From: Lophium mytilinum
Taxonomy: Eukaryota
DNA length: 64,000 bases
Assembly: GCA_010093605.1 (NCBI GenBank)
Contig: MU004185.1
Span: forward strand, 269,334-333,333
Reading direction: 5' to 3'
Shown: positions 36,601 to 47,282 of the stretch, in pieces
Position numbering within the stretch: the first letter of the stretch is position 1
Layout: the number at the start of each line of letters is the position of its first letter
Notes under the pieces: model-generated
What the model was told of the DNA's origin: nothing
The model's input: only the letters and a program-made list of their open reading frames with translations
The model's database searches: none
Position numbers and translations under genes: made by a program

Positions 36601-39381
36601 GCTGACCGCGTCAACCGAATTTACCAAGGGCTGAAGACTCAACAATCAGCACCATTCAAGAGCTTTATCAAACACCTTCATGGTACTAATCGAACGGGCT
36701 CGGAAACGCACTGGCGGGAGAACCTACACGGCGCCACTGGTCGTACTTTTCCCGAACTCCCCTGGACTGGATACCAAACACAAGCCGATTCTGTACTCGA
36801 GCGATACGTCCCTCTCCCCAGGCGCTCCACCTCGAGTACGACTATCGCGACCGCAATTCGCGGAGCATGGGCGTTGGTGTCAGGCATTTACTCTGGGTCC
36901 AAGGATATCGTGTTCGGAGAAACTCTGACTGGCCGGAACGCGCCTATTGCAGGCGTCGAAAGTATCGAAGGGCCTATGATTACCACAGTCCCTATCCGCG
37001 TTCGAATCGACGGCAGCACCACGGTCTCCGAATACCTGCAAGAGATCCACGACGATGCGGTCCTTCGCATGCCACACGAGCATCTGGGTCTGCAGAACAT
37101 TCGACGTCTAAGCGCCGATGCGCGCGAGGCTTGCGAATTGCGGACCGGTCTCGTCCTACATCCCAGCAATGCAGACGACGAGAGACCAGCGACTGATGAT
37201 AAGCCCGCAAACGGTTTTGTTCCCGCCGGCGACTCTGAGGCTGCACGAGAGGCTTTGAAGTTTAACACATATGCTCTCATGCTTGTCTGCGCTCTGGACG
37301 ATCATGGTTTCCTCATGATGGCGAGTTTCGATTCCAAAACGGTTGGTGTACCTCAAATGCAAGATGCTTTGGTTCATATGGAGCGTCTGGTGCAGCAGCT
37401 TTGCGAAGCGCCGAACAAGAGGGTTGGGGACTTGGAGTATACTACACAAATGGAACGAGAGGAGCTACGTCGACTCAGTCTTGTTGGTCCACATAGCAAA
37501 GTCGACAGGAATGTCCTTGGGGGTGCTACAGCAACGTGGATAGTCGACCGTACGAATGCTGAGGTTCTTCTGCCAATTGGTGGTTTAGGAGAGCTACTTA
37601 TCGAGAGCCCGACGGATCTCGCTCTACATTCTATCGAATTTCCAGCTTCGATCGATGCGATCTTTGCCGAACAGTCCGCACACGAGAAGATACTGTACCG
37701 GACCGGCCAGCTCGCGAGATACAACGCAGACGGGTCCATTGTTATCGTTGGCTCTGTAGAAGAGGAAGAGAAGTCGCAGTCCAACATTCCAAAGCCAACC
37801 CCAAAGGCTCGAGTATCCGCAGTCTCAGCGAAACAGCGAAAGCTCCTCCGAATCTGGAGCCGCACCCTCCAAATTGACGAAACCGAAATCGGACTCACTG
37901 ACAGCTTTTTTCAACTAGGCGGTGAGTCCATCGGAGCCATGAAGTTGGTATCTGAAGCGCGGCTCGAAGGTCTCGAACTGAGTGTTGCGCAAGTGTTCAA
38001 GGCGAGGACGCTGTACGAAATGGCGAATGTAGTCGAGGATTTCCAGGCGTCAGAGACAGTGGCGAAGCCGCATACACCTTTCGCGGCACTCGGTATTCCT
38101 GACGTGGAGTCTTTCTTGACCGAGTCAATCAAGCCGGCACTTGCAGATCCTTCCTGGACGGTCGTAGACATCTTACCAGCACGGCCACTCCAAGAAATCG
38201 CTGTGCAAGGAACCGTGAAGCTGCCTCGCTATTCCGTGCGGTATGAAGCCTTCTACCTTGACGCCGCCATCGACCGCGAGCTACTCTTTCGCAGCTGTCA
38301 AGAACTCGTCTCCCGCAACGAGATCCTCCGCACCATCTTCGTTGAAGCCGAAAGTAGCTGCTACGGAGTCGTTCTGCAGGACCTGCAAGTTGAAATCAAT
38401 GAGTATAATGTTGAAGGCGACGTGAAAGATTTTTGCCACAAATACTGCGAGCTAGACGTCCAAACACGCATGCCACTCGGAACCCCTTTCGTCAAGTTCA
38501 CGTTCGTGCAAGGCGAGGACGGGAACAGCGGTCTCATTTTCCGGATCTCCCACGCGCAATACGATGAGATCTGTCTTCCTATCATGCTGCGTCAGCTCTC
38601 AGCCATCTACCAGGGACAAGCCTCACCAGAAACATTACCGTTCTCTTCTTTCGTCAATCACGTAGTATGCGAGACAATTCCTGCGAGTATACCATACTGG
38701 CGCGAGCTGCTTCAAGGCTCCTCAATGTCCATACTACGCCCAGACATTCCACTCGAATCCAGAAACGCAGTATCATTCTACAAAACAGTAGACATCTCCG
38801 CGCGGTCTAAGGACATCACCATAGCCACCCTTCCCACCGCCGCATGGGCCCTCTGCTTAGCCCGCCGCCTCTTGACCTACGACGTCACATTTGGCGAGGT
38901 AGTCAGTGGGCGGAACATCGACCTCCCTAACGCTGACGCCGTCATCGGACCGTGCTGGCAGTACGTCCCCACTCGCGTGAAGTTCGAAGACGGCTGGACT
39001 GCGCTCGACCTCCTCAACCTCGTACAACGGCAGCACATAGCTAGTGCACCATTCGAGAGCATGGGGCTCAAAGAGATTGTCGAGAAGTGTACAAACTGGC
39101 CGAGCAGTGTCGACTGGTTCGATTCGGTCGTGCATCAGGACGTCGATCATGTCGAAAACTTAGCATTCTTATCCGCAAATAGCAAGATGGAGACGATTTA
39201 CCCGCATCTCGAGCCGTTGCGGGAGTGGAAGATACAGGCGTTCCCGCAAGGTGATACTTTGACGCTTGAGGTTGTAACATTTGAGTCGTGGGGAGAGTAT
39301 GCGCAGGGTTTGTTGGACGAGTTGGTGGAGATTATGGGGATGTTGGTGAACAGCTACGACTCTAAGATTGTATTGAATTGA
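33628..39381 (+). CDS. NPS6: Extracellular siderophore NRPS, A-T-C-(degenerate A)-T-C (NPS6/SidD type)
   Basis: A domain: YIIFTSGSTGTPKG, YGPSE, LYKTGD. T1: FFGLGGDSL. C1: MHHALYDGWS. Truncated A: GELLIE..LYRTGQLARY. T2: FFQLGGESI. C2: SHAQYDEIC. The ORF is open from 33463; the ATG at 33628/33631 is assumed as the start. Confidence 0.93.
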   Translation: MMHDTLSSDAECALEATVNQVPGVLDGTQSSVREETEIPKEPEEPEGEGVISEGPAEGEVQITEPYVDVKPLEKKEVHTSTTRFPSKLEIVSETPAKAEVDVKINEPQPRIAIKPPERNEIHTSASSTPSPLKSSSSSVGEATAASPTLSANSSSDDRNTAFSTTASTAVSTKDVDLNNVSEKDLDQIWQWNAAVPPNLTTCMHDIISEQAAKNPDKIAITSWDGELSYRQVDEKSTSLAHHLRSLGVEVGSHVPLCFEKSMWTVVAVLGVMKAGGAFVLTDPSQPEERLKNMVHQTGANVVVTSPTQKELGQRIAPFATIITVSAELFSVLKKDSGKAELDALPPVPLSSTLYIIFTSGSTGTPKGVVIPHAAFTSGALPRAHIVGYRSHSRVLDFASYAFDVSIDCMLCTLAAGGCICVPSDASRLNDLSGAIRSMNVNMAHMTPSVARVLEPGVLESLEVLGLGGESVSASDASEWGRKTRVIIAYGPSECTVGCTINGDIEIGKAYTSIGKGVGGVTWIVDATDHDKLVLVGEVGELLIEGPIVGEGYLGEPEKSKVVFIEDPKWLLAGGRNVSGRKGRLYKTGDLVKYAPDGSGRIVFVGRGDQQVKLRGQRIELAEVEYHLRNHLPSGTSVVAEVIMPGGHGDPSLVAFVVEAFKEEREHFENAAVSISPVLERALAEMDQRLAATLPIYMIPSAYIPLPQLPSLVSAKIDRKKLRAIGAAISRQDLAKYRIAQMDSRKPETEMELRILGLWKQVLGSQLTISANDSFFGLGGDSLKAMKLVAAANSNGLVLTVASIFKHPKLTDMALQASSKKTDEELEVPAFSLLDGWDVDSARQEAAELCVLEASSIEDIYPCTPLQEGLMALSVKIEEAYVAQRVVNLPNIEIAKRLQAAFNTASIESPILRTRIVQFPGRGLMQIVVNEEAFWYSRANLEEYLTEDREKPMGLGVPLARYGLVTHEKTSRVDVVLTMHHALYDGWSMPLIADRVNRIYQGLKTQQSAPFKSFIKHLHGTNRTGSETHWRENLHGATGRTFPELPWTGYQTQADSVLERYVPLPRRSTSSTTIATAIRGAWALVSGIYSGSKDIVFGETLTGRNAPIAGVESIEGPMITTVPIRVRIDGSTTVSEYLQEIHDDAVLRMPHEHLGLQNIRRLSADAREACELRTGLVLHPSNADDERPATDDKPANGFVPAGDSEAAREALKFNTYALMLVCALDDHGFLMMASFDSKTVGVPQMQDALVHMERLVQQLCEAPNKRVGDLEYTTQMEREELRRLSLVGPHSKVDRNVLGGATATWIVDRTNAEVLLPIGGLGELLIESPTDLALHSIEFPASIDAIFAEQSAHEKILYRTGQLARYNADGSIVIVGSVEEEEKSQSNIPKPTPKARVSAVSAKQRKLLRIWSRTLQIDETEIGLTDSFFQLGGESIGAMKLVSEARLEGLELSVAQVFKARTLYEMANVVEDFQASETVAKPHTPFAALGIPDVESFLTESIKPALADPSWTVVDILPARPLQEIAVQGTVKLPRYSVRYEAFYLDAAIDRELLFRSCQELVSRNEILRTIFVEAESSCYGVVLQDLQVEINEYNVEGDVKDFCHKYCELDVQTRMPLGTPFVKFTFVQGEDGNSGLIFRISHAQYDEICLPIMLRQLSAIYQGQASPETLPFSSFVNHVVCETIPASIPYWRELLQGSSMSILRPDIPLESRNAVSFYKTVDISARSKDITIATLPTAAWALCLARRLLTYDVTFGEVVSGRNIDLPNADAVIGPCWQYVPTRVKFEDGWTALDLLNLVQRQHIASAPFESMGLKEIVEKCTNWPSSVDWFDSVVHQDVDHVENLAFLSANSKMETIYPHLEPLREWKIQAFPQGDTLTLEVVTFESWGEYAQGLLDELVEIMGMLVNSYDSKIVLN

Positions 39382-39959
39382 GAAAAAGGATACTTGGTAG
39401 TGAGTACTAGGCATTAATTTCTTTACTGTACTGCATATACCGATACCTACTTCTTTGGGGATCGGTAAGCGTTTTGGTTTTTTGGACGGAGGTTGATCTT
39501 GGAAATATGCGTCTCTCGGATGATACTTTTACTTCCGTAGGTTTGAGCAGTTCCATTGAACGTCTGTAGCGTGTGAAGTGTTCCTCAAATCCAAGCTTCG
39601 CCCTTGGTCGACTTCCGCCATTCTGACCAATCTGCTTTTCCTAGATGCGCTCTAGCAAATTTCTAGCTATCAACTGCAGGACTAGACGTCACATCTTTGA
39701 TATCCGCCGGAGCAGATATATTTGCTTCACAAGAGCTGAGACTTGTCGAATGCAAGAAATCCCACAACGCAGCATCAGCCTTCATGTCGCGGTTGGCGCT
39801 CCCTCAACATCAAGCGTGCTCGCTCCTCTCAGGTGCCCCATACCTGAACGATCGAAAGATCCTTCGCAGATTACCCGTTGTTCATTTATAGTTACAACTC
39901 GTAAGAGTGGTCCTCGATAATGATCAACAAAATACCTACCAGTAGTTGTCTGGATCTGA

Positions 39960-41240
39960 TCAATCAGGCGCTGATCGTCTCTTCCTGATGAGCTCTAGCA
40001 ATCTGTCTGCAATCCCAGATGCAAATCGCTCATCGTTGATATCCGTCGGCCAGCTACTGGTCGTGATGTCTGACCCATTCATCTCCTGTTTCAGTGATCT
40101 CCACAAAGCAGCATCGGCATTGTGATCATAGAAGGGCGCGCCTTCAACATCAATCACGCTGACTCCATTGAATGGCATCCAAACCTGAACCATTGAAGGG
40201 TCTTTCACAGACTCCTTCAGTCTCTTCCCAATCCAAGAACCCACCTGTTCGCACTCCTCTTCGCTCGTTCGCATAAGAGTCACCATCGAGTTGTGAACCA
40301 GCAGGTTTCGGTCATTGAACTTCTCCGGCACCGTGTCTCTTGGCCCAAAGTTGACCATGTCGCAAGCCCCTAGGGAAACGATATAGGGGATTCCTCGCTC
40401 AGCAGCAGCCCGCAGTCGATTTGGGCCAGCACTCATATTTCCACCAAACAGGTGATCGCACACTTCCGTCGTCGTGATATCCAGAACGGCATCCAACGCG
40501 CCCTCCCTCACTAGCCGCTCCATCGCTCGTCCCCCATGCCCTGTAGCATGAAAAACATAGACCTCACAGCCATTTTCTTCCAACCTCTTTCTCGCAACGT
40601 CCACACACGGAGTCGTAACCCCGAACATCGTTATCCCCACCTGTATCTTCTTCTCTACCTCCTCCTTCGCCCTCTCTTCCTCCCTCCGCTTATACGCCGC
40701 TGCCATCCCGGCAATCGCACCAGCCGCGTTATCCAGCACACTCCTCAGCACGCTATTCAGCCCCGCAACATCCACGATGCTGTACATCAGGCATATATCC
40801 GCCTCGCCGACCACCGGTCCCACATCCCCGCTCGCGACGGTTGAGACAAGTACTTTCGGCAACCCAACCGGGCACGCCTGCATGACCGCCGCTACGACAG
40901 ACGTGCCCCCGCTCCCGCCAGCTGCAACAACGCCGTGTATTGAGTCCCTTCTGAGGAGACCGAGGACGCACGCGGTTGCGAGCTTAGATATTCTGTCCAG
41001 TAGGTCGCCGCGGGGGAGGTTCTGCAGGTCTTTCGCGTTAAGACGCGTCGAGGAGGAAGATTGGTGTTCGAGGAGCTGGGACTGGGATATTGTGACGGCG
41101 GGATCGGAAGATGGCGTGCGGCCGACGTCTATGAGGGTGATGCGGGCGGATGGGGACTGGGCTAGGATGCGGGTGCGGAGGTAGAGGAGCTCGGGCAGTT
41201 TGGTGTCGCAGGTGCCGAGGAGGAGGATGTGGGAAGTCAT
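39960..41240 (-). CDS. UPF0261 / Tm-1-like ATP-binding domain protein
   Basis: LLGTCDTK, GGSGGT, GLPKVLVSTVASGD, MYSIVDVAGLN, GITMFGVTTPCV, VFHATGHGG, LDITTTEV and GACDMVNFG; intronless, 426 aa. Confidence 0.9.
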   Translation of the reverse strand: MTSHILLLGTCDTKLPELLYLRTRILAQSPSARITLIDVGRTPSSDPAVTISQSQLLEHQSSSSTRLNAKDLQNLPRGDLLDRISKLATACVLGLLRRDSIHGVVAAGGSGGTSVVAAVMQACPVGLPKVLVSTVASGDVGPVVGEADICLMYSIVDVAGLNSVLRSVLDNAAGAIAGMAAAYKRREEERAKEEVEKKIQVGITMFGVTTPCVDVARKRLEENGCEVYVFHATGHGGRAMERLVREGALDAVLDITTTEVCDHLFGGNMSAGPNRLRAAAERGIPYIVSLGACDMVNFGPRDTVPEKFNDRNLLVHNSMVTLMRTSEEECEQVGSWIGKRLKESVKDPSMVQVWMPFNGVSVIDVEGAPFYDHNADAALWRSLKQEMNGSDITTSSWPTDINDERFASGIADRLLELIRKRRSAPD

Positions 41241-41637
41241 GTTGGGGACTGGCTAGCGGACTTATTGACTAGGAGAGGGTGGTTTGAGAAGCATTGATAG
41301 AGTCGTGATGATGGATGATGAAAGGAGAGAGCTTGAAGCTTGAGCTCGGGGATTTGATGACGCTGGAAACGCGGGGGATCTGCGCCGGGTTTGGAGGAAC
41401 CCTTAAGAGCTCATTAGTCTTTAGTTTATATCATTTTACTGCCTACAGCTTAATTGAAAGTCAGTAGAATCTCTGATCGCTATCAAACATCACGCCAACA
41501 GGGCTTTCGGGTTTCCAGTTCAGGACATCCGAAGAAACCGCCGAATCCACGTCATCAAATCGCTCAGAGACTTTCTTCTGTTAAGCTTGAAGCTGAGCAA
41601 TAACATAGACATTTGATATAAGTCAGTAACAGAAGTC

Positions 41638-42753
41638 ATGCCTCCTCCAACAGACCGTGCAGAAATCATGGCGCGTCTGCGCAAGCAGGTGGCGGAGGGA
41701 AAAGCTATCGTAGGCGCTGGAGCGGGTAGGCATACCTAGATTCTCATATTGTTGTTATGGTGCTCAATTCGAATTGAGTCTTCAATATCACTGCAAAACC
41801 CATCAAATACTCAACTTCTTCTCCTCAATACGACTTGATCATTTCTTCATCCATCTCTGAACCAACCTCATCCTAACCACCCCCAGGCATCGGCCTCACA
41901 GCCAAGTCCGTCGAAGCCGGAGGCGGCGACCTCATCGTCATCTACAACTCGGGCCGCTACCGCATGAACGGCCGCGGGTCTCTCGCCGGCCTGATGCCTT
42001 ACGGCAACGCAAACGACATCGTTCTCGAAATGGTATCTCCCTCTCCCTACTTCAACTCCACCATCTCCCCCCTTGCGGTATCCTCTTTTCTCCTCCCTCA
42101 AGCGACTTCTCACACGCCCCCAGGCCAACGAAACCCTCCCCCTCCTAACCACCACCCCCCTCCTCTGTGGCGTCTGCGCTACCGACCCCACCCGCCCCCT
42201 CCCCCCCTTCCTCCGCCAGCTGCAAGCCCTCGGCATCGCCGGCATCCAGAACTTCCCCACCGTCGGGCTAATAGACGGCACATTCCGCCAAGCGCTCGAA
42301 GCCACGGGGATGTCTTACGCCGCTGAAGTATCCCTGATCGCGCTCGCGCACGGCATGGGGTTCTTGACAACGCCCTACGTATTCGACGCTGCTCAAGCGA
42401 AGGACATGGCGGAAGCGGGGGCGGATGTTGTGGTTGCGCATATGGGGCTGACGACGGGTGGCACTATCGGTTTAGGGAAGGAAGGCATGGGAGCGAAGAC
42501 GTTGGACGAGTGTGTGAGTTTGTGTAAGGAGATTTTGGCGGCGGTGAGGGGGGTGCAGGGGGAGAGCGCGATGGTCATTGTGCACGGGGGCCCGGTAGAG
42601 GGAGCGGAGGAGGCGCAGTATGTGCTAGAGCGTGTGCCGGGGCTGTGTGGGTTCTATGGGGCGAGTAGTGTGGAGAGGATACCGGTGGAGAAGGCGATTC
42701 GGGGGACGGTGGAGGGGTTGAAGGCTGTTGGGATTAGGAAGTTTGAGGTTTAA
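41638..42753 (+). CDS. TIM-barrel signal-transduction family (PEP-hydrolase-like, Tm-1 C-terminal-like) protein; introns 41726-41886 and ~42033-42123
   Basis: Spliced [69 protein letters not shown] and [10 protein letters not shown]. Confidence 0.9.
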
Positions 42754-43182
42754 GGAGACGGTTGAAATATGATGGTGGTGTCACATATATGGAGGGGAGG
42801 GAGTAAGCCTTTTTTTGGACGTGAGAAGACATCGCAATTTTAGTTTGACAGTCCAGCCCGCCCCCCTCCGTGCGCGAATTACACAGGCTGAATACTGTCC
42901 CATGGTAGTATGTGGCTTGACCATGCAGAGCTGACCCATTTCTCCGCACCTTTAAGGTTAGGCGAAATCCGCTATTGCATATCAATCTGTCGTAGGTGCC
43001 ATCGATACCGGAATTCCGCTTCTAAGAGGCGGAGAGTAGAGGGGAGGAACCTACTATGCACCACATTTTAACACTGGCGGGGGCTTTTCCCCGTACGTTC
43101 TTTGAGTCGACAGAAGAATCCATCGCAGCCACCCATGTATTTTCCACTAACCTCCCTTATCGGTTGGTACTTTGAACTGCTC

Positions 43183-44625
43183 TCATCCCCTTCCCGCCGT
43201 GCAATTCGCCTTGTTGGCTTCGAGAATCACTTTGAGTCGGTCATACGCCTCTTGATCATCCCCGTTCAGAAACTCGGTAGTCGCACTGTCGTCGCAAACA
43301 TAGAAGGAATTACGAAAGAGACCGAACCGGAAATTCCCATATGGGAAAACTGCTCGTTCGGGGTCACTCTCGAGAGTCTCGTGAGCTAGACTTCGGTTTT
43401 CAACAAGGGATAGCACTGGCCGCGTCGGCCCGTTTCTTGTGATATGTTGAAATGACGTTGCTTGCCAGGGACGAATCTCCAGGCGTTCGAGACGCTTCGG
43501 CCGAGAATCTGAGATGCGGTCGAAAATACGATGCCAAGCACAAAGCCCAGTTGTATTCTTGCTGTAACGATTTGTGACTGTGCCGTAGCAATCTTGGAAT
43601 TGAAGCTCTTCAAGAGAATCAGTACGAGCAAGTAGGAAAGTACCGAGTTCGCCAGTGATGAATATTTGCTCAAGGTAGAGAAACTTAAGATGCGGTAGAT
43701 GACTCGTGTTCAGCGTCAGAGGACCACCATCTTTATGACCAAGCCTCCCGGATTCAGGTGCGATGATGTTCAGAGTCTCAGCATATTCTAGATGGTCGAA
43801 GAAGTACTCCGAAAGATTTTCGCAAAACCGAATATATCCCCGACAAAAGGCGATAGAATCGGGATCTGATTGGCCATGGCTAAATCATTCACGATAGCCG
43901 CCTTGGATTTCGATTGTGCAAGTTTTTACGGGCTTCAAAAACTCGTGAAACTCAGGGCTACTGAAAGACTCTATCTCGAATGGGACCAGTTGAAGATGAA
44001 GCGATTTGATGGAGTGGTTTGTGTTCTTGGAGATGGCGGCGTAGATTTCTGACATTAGTGCTCTCTGCGACAAGAAGCAGTCTCACCGGGTATATTTCTT
44101 GTCGTCGGCGTTATTATCGAAGCCCTTGTCTGAGTAGGCGCAGAGCCCATCTAATAGATCAATGATATCAGTCCATGGGTCTCCCGGCCAATGACCCAAT
44201 TCAAACCCGACGGTCAACGTGTGAAGGTTAGGGAAGAGTGTCAGATTTCCGAGGACTTCGTAAAGTTGACGAGGAATGATTTTCTTGAGATGGTCATCGT
44301 CCAGTACCATCTTTGCGACGTTCTTGATAGTGCAATTTCGATACTCGTCATGATCCACAGCGAAGTCGAGCTCGGCCAAAGTGCCTACAAAGGTCAATCT
44401 GCTGACAAGTTGCGCATGCTGGCTCTTCGATACCGCAAGGACCGATGTAGCGCTCGTGACCGTATTCTTCAGCGTTATGGTACGGAAAACCGTCGGGGCA
44501 AGCAGCGACCGATACCTCCTGCAAGTACTGCTTAGGTTGATTAGCGCGTCATTGTCATCATCGCTGAGCTCATGGACGATCATCATTTGGAGTTCGTCTG
44601 GGAGGTCAAACAGCGGGCACGCCAT
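43183..44625 (-). pseudogene. F-box-like protein paralog with two in-frame TGA stops
   Basis: One continuous frame from MACPLFDLPDEL (44625) to 43183 is colinear with the 54213-55682 protein. It is interrupted by TGA at 44083-44085 and 43885-43887, with no frameshift. Confidence 0.75.
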
Positions 44626-45182
44626 GCTGGCCTTCGCCGTATTGTAGGCGTGTTGTGAGGAAGGCATGAGAGGGAGTTGGACCGGTGATGTTGTACTCGG
44701 CTAGGTGCGCTAGGCTGTGTCGGGCTCCTCGGGCTTCCTCTCTAGCAGGCTTACTCAGCATCTGGTGTATATCCTTCCTCCTTCTGCTCAATAGCTAGCT
44801 TCCTGACCATCATCAATACAACGGCCTTTGGCCCCAAATCTGGTCTTGATTGCTTTTCCATCTTACTGCCGTTCAGCTGTCTTGGGGTGCGCTAGCGTCC
44901 CACTGCGAAGCCACTGCAGTGGTGGCCGCTGCCCCGTAGGTAGGTTCTCGGTCGTTCAATCATGTCCCTGCGCAATGATTTCAAATCAATCGGTGATTGA
45001 TTTGAAATCGTGGTCAGGTAATCATACTTTAGCTGTACAACGGGGATTAAATTTGGGTGTAGCTTTATTTAAGTAAGTTGACTTTCTGCTTAGAGTAGCG
45101 TATCTGCTTCCGGCTCTTATCACTCACGTTGAGACCTGTCCCTTCCAGCCTGGATATCTCGAGTGCCCCAGACGTGGTCAAC

Positions 45183-47282
45183 TTATATGTTCAGATAATA
45201 GACAAGATCCCCCAAACCATGTAGATCCGTCAAGCCTTCACCGTTCCCAAGATAACGGAATCGATTGCTCGAGTTCCATCGGACATCGAAGTGCTCAGCT
45301 CCCATGTTCTCAAGAGAATTTTTGAAGTGAGCCATCGAACCGGCATAAACACCTGTCAGTTGGCCCTTCTCTTTCCCGTTTTTATACCAGCTTCGGCATT
45401 CATCCGCCCAGGTCATACGCTTGAGGAATTCCTGAGACCAGACGTTGAAATCGTCTACCGCTTCCCTCTTCACGTCGATTGACCTAGTGCTAAATTAGAG
45501 CTGCAGTATCCACGGAGCTCGCACTTTCTGGCAATGTCACCAGTACTTACTTGATGTCCTCAGTCGCAATCTTCTTCGCCCAGTTCAAGATGTAATCGCA
45601 GGTCCACGAAACCTGCCTCAATACTGATCCGTGAGATATCACGGCATTCGGGCCGTTGAACATGAAGTAGTTCGGCAAGCCGTCTACCTGGACGCTGAAG
45701 AACGCTTCTGGATCGCCACCCTTCCACCTGTCGTCTAGGGTTACACCGTTTCGACCAGCCAATTTCCATGCCGGGACCCAGGACGTATCAAAGCCGGACG
45801 CGCAGACAATCAAGTCGAATTCCTCTTCACCCGCGGTAGTCTTTATGCCGGTTTCGGTGAACTTTTCGATCGCGTCCCAGCACATTGTAGCGTTAGCTTC
45901 TTCAAAGACTTCAAGGTATCCGTCTCCGGGCGTGAGACGACGACAACCGGGAAGCCATGTAGGTATCATCTTGCTGGCAAGCTCTGGCTGGTTTTTCATC
46001 CGCTCAGCCATTTGCGACTTAACAATCGCGGTAAGACCTTGCGCAGCTGGATGATCTCGGTACATCCCAAAGAAGAAATTGTTCACACTAGGAAACGCAA
46101 TTGTCAGTAAATCGAAAGACTTAGCTCGAAGAACATAACGCCGGTACTCACCTAGCTTCAAGCTCTTTGCCATGCTCAAATAGTGCCTTTGGGTCTTCTC
46201 TGAATTGCTTCTTCTGCTCCTCGGTATATTTGAAGTTGTGGCCGTCGATCGCCTTGTCTCCAGCAATGTTGACAGAGATCCACGTAGGGTTTCGAACGAA
46301 ATTGACAAGCTTCTGGACCTTGGGCGCTAGGGCTGCTACAGTTTGGATACCTGAAGATCCATTCCCGATGACGGCAACTCTCTTTCCGGTGAAATCGTAT
46401 GTGTCGTCCCTGCTCGTAAGTCAGTCATTGTCCTACACGAGATCGTGAACGGATATTCACTTACCAATTGGCTGTGTGGAGCAGCTTTCCCTTGAAGTCG
46501 AACAGGCCGTCAATCTTTGGCCACTTCCATTTGCTACCACCAAGTAAGTAGGCGTAGTAAGGGCAGCATGCCAGAAGGCTTACTTCAAGAACCCTCCTGC
46601 ATTCACAAGAATATCGGCTTCATCCTTCTTCGAGGCGCCATTCTGGTCAACGGTAATTTTCCACTTCCCCGCTTCTTCATCCCAAATCGCTTCCGTCACT
46701 TTGGAATTGAACTGGATTGGCTCATCTAGCTTATATTTCCGCACCGTTCGTTTGATGTAACTTTCGATTTCTGGGCCAGGACAGTAGAATTGAGACCAAT
46801 CTGGATTTGGCTCGAAGACAAACGAGTATGCATCTATTTCTTCTGTCAGTTTTTCATTAGAGAAACCCTCTGGAACACTCACGAGCCGGAATATCACTTC
46901 AAACTGCTGTCAGCGATACCATTCATCAAGGGGAGGACCGCAAACATACCAAGCAACTCCAGGATATCGATTTTCGTACCTGTTCGCCAACAGTCAGTAA
47001 TCCTCGCTTCCGTACAGCAAATCGGATTTACCAAGTTCCTCCAACCTCCGGATTCTTCTCGTAGATGACCAAGTCGATGACATCCGTCAGTTTGAGCTCG
47101 TGTTTGATCTTATGCGCAAGCGTCAAGCCAGAGTATCCGGCGCCCACACAAATGATTTTGAGCTTCCTTCGCGAAAAGAGAGGCTCTTCCTTGATCGGGA
47201 CCCAATTCGCTGGCTTTCCTCCCAGAGCTACCTGAGCTGCATGGCTCAAACCAGTTCCATTGGTTTGCTCCGCGGACGCCAT
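45183..47282 (-). CDS. Type I Baeyer-Villiger / StcW-like flavin monooxygenase, about 7 introns
   Basis: CVGAGYSG, spliced GGTW-YENRYPGVAC-DIPAH, FKGKLLHTANW (FxGxxxHxxxW), VAVIGNGSSG, GCRRLTPG, CASGFD and CRSWYK. Confidence 0.9.

Noticed and set aside
37500..37760. Broken second A domain as evidence that the NRPS is a pseudogene
   Set aside because: A degenerate second A domain is the normal NPS6/SidD architecture, and the ORF is uninterrupted.
43183..44625. Genome-wide TGA reassignment or selenocysteine
   Set aside because: Conserved genes here (SNU114, sidF, the NRPS) end in TGA at the expected positions, and there is no evidence for Sec context.
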